The position numbers were made by a program, and so were the translations under genes. A stretch of DNA of 63,793 nucleotides, counting the filler, from Sphacelaria rigidula (lineage: Eukaryota): assembly GCA_964200075.2 (NCBI GenBank). It is 7 parts of 7 records of this genome, joined end to end, with 100 filler letters (N's around TTAATTAATTAA, not from the genome) between each part and the next. Parts side by side here need not be neighbours in the genome. Positions count along the whole stretch, not along the records: positions 18,258 to 27,285 come from CAXNAA020009473.1; positions 27,386 to 36,413 come from CAXNAA020009474.1; 5 more parts are not named here. One strand, 5' to 3'. Under the pieces are notes generated by a model. It did no database searches and was not told where the DNA came from. It saw nothing but the letters and a program-made list of their open reading frames with translations. Shown here piece by piece: positions 26,880 through 36,513 of this stretch (its first letter is position 1; every line of letters begins with the position of its first letter).

Positions 26880-27215
26880 CAAGAAAAAAGTAAGAGAGTT
26901 GATATAGAAATAAGAAGAGGAAAAGAAATGCTCAGACGCAAAGTAGACGAGGAAGAACACCTGAAGATGTATGAGAGGTTGACAGAGGGGATAGGGATGA
27001 AAGCGTATCTGCATGGCCCCATGGACGCGGCGAAAAACTCGAAACTGCGATTCTGGGTGGTGGGCTTGGACGTGCCAGAAAGAAGATAGATATATAATAC
27101 CAGTAGTCGAAAGGAGGAGGGAGTAGATGCACAGAACTGCCCCTGTGGCAAAGAAATACAGAGCAGAAGTCATGTAGTGGCAAAATGTGAACGATACAAT
27201 AAGGAACGAGACGTA
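26880..27215 (+). mobile_element. LINE ORF2 C-terminal fragment (CCHC zinc-knuckle region)
   Basis: The + frame reads EEHLKMYERLTEGIGMKAYLHGPMDAAKNSKLRF...DAQNCPCGKEIQSRSHVVAKCERYNKER with an internal stop. The C-x-C...H...C motif is typical of LINE ORF2 ends. Confidence 0.7.
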
Positions 27216-29788
27216 ACAGCCGATTTTAAATTTTGGGATTCATACAAAATATGGGGTTGAAGTGGCATATCTGTCTTGCACGAAANNNNNNNNNNNNNNN
27301 NNNNNNNNNNNNNNNNNNNNNNNNNNNNNTTAATTAATTAANNNNNNNNNNNNNNNNNNNNNNNNNNNNNNNNNNNNNNNNNNNNAGCTCCCTGTGTTTG
27401 TGTAAGAAGACGTGAAACATAGACCTCCCCCGATCGCTGCTGGCCCAGCTCGTACTGTGTTGTTGCTGTCTTCACATAAAAAATAAAAATAAAACTGTGT
27501 GCAAACTGACATCTCCAATATATACTGCCATACCCCGTATGCTGCAGTAGAGACAAAAGGACTGTACTGTCTATTACTGTCTGTACTGCACTCGTCTACA
27601 TCAATTTTAGTGCAGTCGTTGTATATTACAGTCTCCAACCTGACATGTGCGCGCGTATACTGCCGTATGCGGCAGGGAGAGCAGGCAGTATTGCACTGCT
27701 TAGTTATGTCTGTACTGCACGTTGCCCACATCACATTTAGTGCAGCCGTTGTACTACTGTACTGGCAAACTAACATTTCCATCCTACTGTACTGTTTAAT
27801 GCGGCAGTACAACCCATGTACTGTCTGCACTGCACATCGTCCAAATCATTTTCGGCACCCGTTGAGTGCAGCATGGCAGTGGATCCTACTGTTCAATGCG
27901 GCAGTGCAGACAGTACAGTACTACCTAGTCTTGTCTGTATTGCATGTTGTCTGCATATCTCACGTTGCATGCATCATTTTTACTACAGCCGTCCTTACTA
28001 CTGCCGTGTGCAAACTGACACCTACAACTCACTGCATGAGACAGCACAGAGTAGTACCCTGTATTATCTGCGCTGGGCACTGTCTATGCTGCAGGCTTTC
28101 GAGAGCACAGTCAATGCCAATAGACCATCAGCCCCTGACGGCATCTCGCGTGCGCCGAGATGGCGAAGCAAAGTTTGGCCTAGTGTGTAAACGGCGCTGG
28201 GGATGTTCGACATTGCTGTCAAGAGAGCCCCGCAGATGTCGAAGGGCACAAACATATTCAGGGCTGGCGGGCGTTGCTAGCCTCGCCGCGCCGCGAATGA
28301 AAAAAACGAGAGAAAAATACAAGTCGATATCGCGATGTATTTTCTCAAAAAAATACAAGCCAGGCGGGTCCATCTCGTAAAATTCCCCTCGTCTTGTATT
28401 TTTTTCCCGAGAATCTCGTGAAAAAAAAAAACGTAGGTAGCCATCTTGTATTTTTCCCTCGTTATTTGCAAAAAACGAGGGGAAAAAACGGACCGGAAGA
28501 AACGGCCTTAGTGTATAGTGTAAAGTGCCTAGGCGTTTCTCCAGCTTGATTTCACCGGTTTCTCGGGGTCCCCGGCGTTTTGTATGCCCCGCACCCCATT
28601 CTCTACATTTGCCTCATTGCTCAGGTCGTTTTCAAGAAAGTAAGAAAGTATCTCTCACACAGGCGTTGCTGAAGTACACCCAAGGTCACCAGGGTTCAAA
28701 TATTTCTGTTCCCGCCGAGGGCTCGGAATAGTTGTTTTCGGTTTATAAACGGTCAAGAGCTAGTGGACGAAAATTCAAACACATGTTCCTGGAGGCACAC
28801 CCGGGATTACCAGTGTTTCGTTGAACTTTTAGTTGGCTTGACCGATTGGGTCACAAGGCGCCGACAGAGACCAGGGATCCCATATTCTCGGACCAAGTTC
28901 CCGCATGCTCGAACACTGACGGCTTCGGGCTTGCCTTTACAAACATGTGTGTGCGATTTCGTCTCGTTACTCCAAAAATCGGCGTGAGGTTTGGCTGCCG
29001 ACTAAATTGCATGTATTGTTCGTGAATCAGCCTGAAAGCACATTCACCAATCAGTGTGCGTTTCGAAAGGTGAGTGTGGAGGATGGAGCGAGGTCCTACC
29101 CAGCGTGTTTGGCAGGAGCCCGGTAGATTACAGTGCAGCTTGGTGTCGCTTCTGTACCTGTGTCGAGCCCCATCAGGATACTAAATATCCACAATAATTA
29201 GGGCATCATCGGATGGATCCGGCAGCTTTTAGCAGCCCCAGTCATCGCGTGTGGTCGACAACTCGTCCAAAACACCAAAACTACAACAGAACAAGTACAA
29301 GATATAGGTGTGCACTCACGCGCTCGGTTGCTATGGAACAATGGTATGTAGGTCGAGGTGGGTACGTGAAACAAATGGATTTAAAATGTTCAACTATTCC
29401 TTGAAGATCAACAGTCCAGTTGCACATTTCATGTAACTTGCTTCAGAACAAAATTTCAAATGCCTCCGCCCTGCGAACAAGTCAACAACTCCGACGACAC
29501 ATCGTGAAACGCACTCCCCGTTAGCGAAGAGAGTCGTACACCCTCCACAAGGCCCCAGCTCTGGCGCGTTCGGATCGTGTGACAGCCTCAGAGAGCTATG
29601 ATAAACCATCGCATTCAAACGAGTAATTACGGTACTGACGGTACCGTATGCACTGCCGACTGTCCTACAGTGTATCCTGCCACAACTGCACCACAATACT
29701 CGTGTTAGTGCAGCCAGCATACATCCCAAACGTTGCAGTACGGCACAGCACAGTACGGTGCAATACAACCGCCAACCTAGTCGTGTAC

Positions 29789-32577
29789 CTGTTTTACAAA
29801 GACGATACCATCAGAAGTACCCACGGCCAGCATTCCACTAGGCCCCATCTGCACGCATGTGATGTCAGCCGGCGGATTCAGCGGCGAAGCGACAATGTCA
29901 GGCGGGTACACCGTAGTACGCCTCCACTTTTCCTCTTCCAAACTGCACACATCGGCTCCTCCTACCAGCGGCAAAACCCTTTCCCGATCATAGACTGCCA
30001 CCAGACCTCGCTCGAAACCCACCACGACACAAGACTCTGAGCTTGAGTCCATACACGTACAGGCGAGCTGACTACTAGCGGTGCCATTTGCTTCCCCCCG
30101 CGACACGTCTCGATAACTTGTTGGCAAGGCGTTTGGTATGTCAGATGGCAGCGCTCCTTCGCCGGTGCTGCTTCCATTGCGTTCTGCTGCATTTGCCTTG
30201 GCGCCGTTTGCAGTTGGAAGGAAGCGAGGGCTGCGAGAGACCTCGGGACGCAGATGAAACAGCACTCGTTCCTTCATTACATAGAGGTTTCTGGATGTAT
30301 ACAGCTTATGATCTCAAGCCACATGTGAGATACGTGAGGATAGCACACAGAGGTGGCAAACTTGGCTAGTCGGCACTACGGAGTATCATACCATCAAGCC
30401 TTTAAACAGTGGTGAAGTGCCGCATCTCCGAAGACTTGATTTCTCAGACCTGCGGTTATGCCGTTAGTGTCGGTTGCCATTTCGAGGGTCGATACGATTA
30501 ACAGCACATGAAACTACAGTCATTATTATTGTATAGTTGAACAGCGGCATAGAGTGCGCTGAAATATTTCATCCTGGACAAGAAATTACTTTGTCAAAAA
30601 AGTGTACTGCGTACAGTATCGACTATAGTATAGTGTGTTTATTCCAGTAGACAATAGATTCCGTGCTGTACGCAAGACAAGTTATTTCGAAGTACACTTT
30701 TTGACACTGTGAGGTCGGTTCTTATAGCCTGAAAAAAATCTTTCTGAGAACTGCCCTCGTGTACCTTTCACCACGGATTATCGGCGGAATGCGGACCTTG
30801 GCGGATTTGGCCTCCTTGGAAAAGGTTCACTATATTTTTCACGAGGATTCCAGTGCGCGTGTCCAATCTTTCGTACTACAAGTTTTCAAGTTTTACTCTT
30901 GACCGGATTCTGGATTTTTTCAGTCGCCCCAAAAAACTTCGAGTTGTCGGGAAAAAGTACATGTTTTTTTCCAACAACTGGACGATTTTCGCGGCGACTG
31001 AAAAAATCCAGAATCCGGTCAAGAGTAATACTAGGAGTACGAAAGATCGGACAAGCGCGCTGGAATCCTTGTGAAAAATATAGTAAACCTTTCAAGGGTC
31101 GGATAAATAATGATTCGTCTGAAAGTTACTTGGTTTTAGTCTCATCATGAGTCGACTCGTGTCGAATCGATCTCTAGGCTTCATTTCAGCGTTGCAACCC
31201 AGGTACACGCAGCCCAGACACGTGGAATGGCGCAAAAGTTGTGTAGATACCCCTTGGACCAGCGATCAACTTTTTTCTCCCTTTGGGGCAATCAGGTCGA
31301 AGAAATCGTGAATTTGGTTATTTAGAGTCGTGATGATTTGTCCTAACCGTGAAACCTTTCCGAGGAGGCCAAATCCCCCAAGGCCCGCATTCCGCCATTA
31401 GTCCGTAATGAAAGGTTCAAAAGGGCAGTTCTCAGAGAGTTTTTCTTCAGTCTATAAGAAGCGGCCTAATTTGTTGTCCAGGACATGTAAAATGCTCGGA
31501 AAGCCGCATGGCTTTTCATCTTACCGCGAAGCTCCTCCCCATACATTATTTCGAGGCATGAATTATTTCGAGAGCAGGTATGATTTAAGCCATAGTCACC
31601 AGATAGATGTATCTGCATAGTAAACAGCCATCCAACAGTCGCTATTATTGCGTAGTAAAAAAAACTCGAGACAAGGAAAGAGAAGTTAGAGGAGGGAAGG
31701 AGTAAACTAAACAGGTTGGGCCTAAAAGAGAAAATACAACGGGGAAGGAGGAACTGAAACGCCAGGCTAAAGGACTGGTACCGGCCCCAAGAAAGAACTC
31801 AACACCCCATGCCAGCACTTGGGAAATGATGAGGCCGTACCACAAGCAACACCGTGGAAGCAGTGCATGATCAGTTGCTTGGGGACCGCGCTATTAGGGC
31901 GCGTTATTAGGGGATGGGCAGATTCAGGCTTTTGTTTCGTATGCGCGCAGACGGGACGACAACACAACACACATGCGCGCATACAATTCGCATAAGATGT
32001 GGGCTCTTGTTATTCGGTCTTCCACACTAAAATCAAATAATTGTAATGCCTCGCCGGGGTTTCCGCTCCAAAAGGACCACTTTTGAACGAGACGCACAAG
32101 ATTTTGGGGGGGGAAACGAATAAAAAACGAAAGCCTACGCAGATTACAACTAAAAGCTGCACGCGCATGTGCGTAGTGATCACACCCACAACTGCCTTTG
32201 ACATACATTTCAGTTTTTGATGGTGCGGCTGTAGCGGGTGGATACTCTTATTGATGGACAGTGCAGTGCTATCAGCCGTTTTCGATACAGGTCAGGTAGA
32301 AAACATCGGCGATGATCAAACTTTCGCGTTACGTTCCGCGAGTCAACGTTATGAGCTGGGGAGAAGGGGGGGGCCTTTGTCCTCCTGCCTCCGCTTTCTT
32401 GTTTTGCATTCCAGAGCATGGATGAAGAATATTCCAACCACGGCCATGTTTGCAAACCCTTTTTCGAAAAAACATTCACAGCATATTATCGAACATCTCC
32501 GGGGGGATTATAGGTGAGTCCACCACAGCTCACGGGCGAACAGTAGTCCTTCCCATATCTGCAGCCGCAACGTCCAT
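29789..32577 (-). CDS. 5' part of a WD40/beta-propeller-like protein (HPS5/TECPR2-like N-terminus, tentative)
   Basis: Exon 32577-32534 (aaaATGG...CC|gtgag, phase 2) joins exon 30290-29789 (ccag|...CAG|gtac). Encodes TCMDSSSESCVVVGFERGLVAVYDR and DITCVQMGPSGMLAVGTSDGIVFVKQ. Later exons were not resolved. Confidence 0.55.
30713..31466. mobile_element. PIF/Harbinger (Tourist)-like foldback MITE carrying a nested hAT MITE
   Basis: Termini GG(T/C)CG(G/C)TTCTTATAG with TGA/TAA flanks. Near-fully palindromic once 31093-31351 is removed. Confidence 0.75.
31093..31351 (+). mobile_element. hAT-like MITE, copy 2
   Basis: CAAGGGTCGGA...CCTAACCGTG, flanked by a perfect 8-bp TSD AAACCTTT (31085-31092 and 31352-31359). 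Confidence 0.85.
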
Positions 32578-33051
32578 TTTATGATGATGGTTCTAGCCAC
32601 ATGTTTTCGTGAGGCGGCGGCGCTTCGGGGAACTTCCGTCTCTCTGAAACTGGGGTGAAATGTCACTGAGTCGGGTGCAGCAACGGCGGGGTCAAGTGAA
32701 TAGACAAACTTGAAACACAGGTTGGAGTGTGTTGTGTAGACTTGTTCACCCGTCGGCCAGCTCTCTTCTCGAGGCCTACCAGACTGATGCAGCGACATAA
32801 TGCTCATCTATACTACCAGACGCCCCCCCCCCCAAGCAATCTCCACATGAGTACACCCCCAGAAATCTCCCGAAGCGAGGCTAACGGAATAAACGCAGAC
32901 TGCATCATATTTTGCGGGAGGCTTGTCGCTCTTATCATTGTGCGGCAAGCTGCAAACCAAGAGCTCGACGCATGTGCACCCATCCCTCTTCGGCGGGCCG
33001 CATTCGTTCGGTCACGTCGTCAAGAATTGTGCGGTTAGTTAAACGCTCCTC

Positions 33052-35632
33052 TCATCTATGCACGAAGGTCTTTCGAAGACGGTCAAACAGAACAGGCTTC
33101 CTGCGCATCCGTCCCCTTCTCAGCCGCCCGGTAAAGCCGTCCACTGCAACACCATCGTAGTCCCGACAACACGCGATTATAGAGGACAACAGATTGGGCA
33201 CGGCGTGTTGAGTACGATTGCGACCGGCGAATTTTCAGATGGAGGGTGAACGACACAACAGAGCAACTCAAAAACGCCCACACATGCTAGATTGGTGCTA
33301 CATAGGATGGTTGTGGACGATACGCTATGTTTTCATGTCAACACTTTTTTCTCGTCTCTCTTCAAACGCTCCTTGAGTAGTGCCACTTGATCAATCCTTC
33401 AAAAGCGTGCATTGGACCACACAAGCATCTCGGTCAGTTCAAATTGATTCGTTGATTGATTGATTGTCGCACCTTAACTGACCCCCCAGGGGTCATGATC
33501 CAGTCGTGGTCTCATGATAGACATACCCAACAAAAAAACTAACACACTCGCTGAAGGAAAGAAGGAACAGAAAAAAGTCACACAGAAAGACATAGTAGAC
33601 CAAGACGTTAAAAAAAAAAACAGAAGAAAAAAATCAAGAAAAGAAAAGCACAGAAAGAAATGGCCGACCTAAAGCAAAAAAGGAAAAGAAGAGGAAAGAA
33701 AAGAGCAAATAAAAGAAAAGAAAAAAAAATAATGAAAGAAAAGGGAACAGCCCAAGGAATTTAGGGCAGCAGAGTAGATACAGATACACACCAGTGGGCA
33801 CCGCAGAGCCACCGACCAAAAACATCATCAACAACCGATATGGGCGGTTCAATATTTGCAGCTAAACATGGTCTACCTATTGACCAATACGGCTCAGCGA
33901 TGCTCAACAACGAGGGCCTACTACCCCTGCCAAAAACCAAAATGCGATACTACTTTCAGTGTTTCTTGTCTTTGCGGCAGTACATACCGGACGGGGTGGC
34001 GAGGCAGGACATGACCAAAATGATCTGGTGGGAGAGCAGGTGGTCCCAGTACAGCACATCCTCCGTCAGTAGAGTATCGCAGTGGGCGTTCACCTTCAAA
34101 TATAGGACGATTCGACACCGTACGAAACATGCATAAGGAGCGAGGAAAGGAATGACGTCTGGTAGCCAAGCATCGTCCACAATTATTCCGTGTGTATCAT
34201 CCGTGGCCCTTCATCTTCTAAAGCGGTACAGGAGCAGGTTCGAATGGGTAGCTCCTCCAGGAGAGCATTTTACATCAAGTTTCCCCCGTCGCTCAGAGAG
34301 GCAGACGCGCCGATTTTGATCACCCTGCACAGGGTAGGGTACCAACACGAACGGAAACGATGGAGGAAAAGCTGCCGGCTGCAGCAATTTCGTCGCTGTG
34401 GCAAAACAATGGTGTCGGGAGAGGGGGGGTGGGGGGCGTACTCATTTGTTCTGGTGTTGGGAGGGAGGGGATAATCGAATAGAGAATGACGATTGCGATC
34501 ACCAACAACCGAACGATCTCTGCAACACCCAACAACCATAGGAACACAATGGTTGCAAACCTCGTTTGCGATTGCACACAGATCGTGAGATCCTGCATCC
34601 TCCGGCGGCGCGGCCTTGGCTTTCATCATCGTCAAGCTCACTCGTGATGTCCTTACTGGGTATTCCATCGAAACCTGCTCGAGTGATTTCATCAAGGCGG
34701 CCACCACCGAGTCAAAGCGGGGCACTAGCGAACGACGTAGCAGCACACGCAACATTGAACGACGCCGTAGTACACATGCAACTATAATCACCAATGAAAC
34801 CAGAGTACGACTAGAGACTTGACACGCGTTTCGCGAACGATGGCATTTTCTATGGCCACCAGGTGAGTGCCGACGATATTACATGTTACAGGTACACACG
34901 ATGTTGTATTTTTATTTTCTCTCATACACGCAAATACGAGCCAAAGTAGATATATGTCGACTTGGAAATTCAATCGACAGCCCATGGTGGATTCCAAGAC
35001 GCAAAATGACTTTATAATTTTTCAACGGCATGATGAAACCCGTAACAAACTGGTACATTACAGGGGTTGACATGTATAGCAAAGGCGCCACAGTATGTGC
35101 CACTCGGGTGGCAGAGAGTTCTCACCTCCACCAGCATTTCAACGTCAGATTCCTTCTTCAGCTCCCGCTTCATCTTGACGACGCCTCGGAAGTACCGTGC
35201 TCCGTACCGTTCCCACTCATCCCGGACATGTGGAGTAGACGATGAAGATGATAACAGCGGTGAAACTGCTGCTGATGATGATGACGAGTCCTTGTCTGGG
35301 CTGCCTTGACTCGAGGTTGCTCTGAATGACTTGCCTGCATTCTCGAGGTCCAATCCAGACAGCTCCTTCCAGCTGCAAGAAGCAATCGACGGCGTGGTGA
35401 AAATGATTCACGCTCGAACACAACGCGAAAAACTTTGGGTGTCGTAAGGCAAGAGCGCTTAGCGGATACGTCCGCGACAGGAAGAGACGGCCATGTGCTG
35501 TTGAACACCCATGGGCTGATATTTCTGGACCCATTGCATGCCAAACAGCCGCATGGATTGACATCGCCACCCCTAGGCTTAGCCGTCACCATCGAATACT
35601 ATTATACCGACATGAACTCAAAACAACTCTCG

Positions 35633-35663
<31 letters not shown>

Positions 35664-36253
35664 GCACATTAATCAACACACAACGAAACAAGATGTTAAG
35701 TTCGCTTCTAATTTGAAAACGCACCTTCCCAGCTCGACATTGTTCGACGTGGGCATCATCTCTTGGAAGCGCGGCAGACATGCGGGCTTCCTGTCCGCGA
35801 GACTCTTGAGCTGCGCCGCCAATGCCCACTGCGTCCTAACCCTGGACCGCAAGGCCGCAAGCACAGCCCTGGTCGATGGTTCGATAGCTCGCCGTGGCCC
35901 CGAAGAGCCCAGCATTTGTCCATCACACGATGACACCGGGGGAAAGTGTAAACCCGCTAACCACTGCGCCCAGCGGTAAGGGCGGCATGGGAGGTCTGCG
36001 GGGTATTGGAACAAGCCGCTAGAGGAGAGCTTGGCAGCACGGCTATGGTGGTTTGTCGGGTTCGGAGTGTTTTGTCCAGTGTCGTTCGGGAAGAGGTTGG
36101 CCAGGATCGCATGGGCAGCGTTGGGAGGAGAAGTAACGGCCACGATTCCCAGTGATGGGAGGTAGCAAAAGCGCAGCGTGAAGCTATTCTCTGGCGCGGT
36201 GCTTAGCACCGCCGCTCCCTTGCCGTTGCCCCTGCTGCTGAGGCGTGCCTGGC
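33052..36253 (-). CDS. THOC5: THO complex subunit 5, 3' half
   Basis: Phase-consistent GT-AG exons ~36253-35725, 35372-35126, 34674-34561, 34093-33988 and 33143-33052. Encodes LRFCYLPSL..LANLFPNDTG, RPYRWAQWLAGLHF, LRSRVRTQWALAAQLKSL, VSMEYPVR, ANEVNAH...LLSHQI and C-terminal RLRRGRMRRKPVLFD...FVHR*, all THOC5/FMIP-like motifs. The 5' exons are off the contig. Confidence 0.85.
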
Positions 36254-36513
36254 CTGTTCCAATGCGGATGGTGGTGTTTGGTATTAGGTTAAATGGTTGC
36301 AGTAGTGGGAGATGGCATTGGCAGGGGGGGGGGGGGGGGGGGGGTACTTTTTTGTTTCTTGCTTTAGTGGTTTGACCGTTTACCACGCATCTCTTTCGAG
36401 AAGGAAACAGGGGNNNNNNNNNNNNNNNNNNNNNNNNNNNNNNNNNNNNNNNNNNNNTTAATTAATTAANNNNNNNNNNNNNNNNNNNNNNNNNNNNNNN
36501 NNNNNNNNNNNNN

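Noticed and set aside
27499-28380. 293-aa ORF
   Set aside because: Low-complexity TACTG-rich repeat and MITE-like sequence with no protein-like motif.
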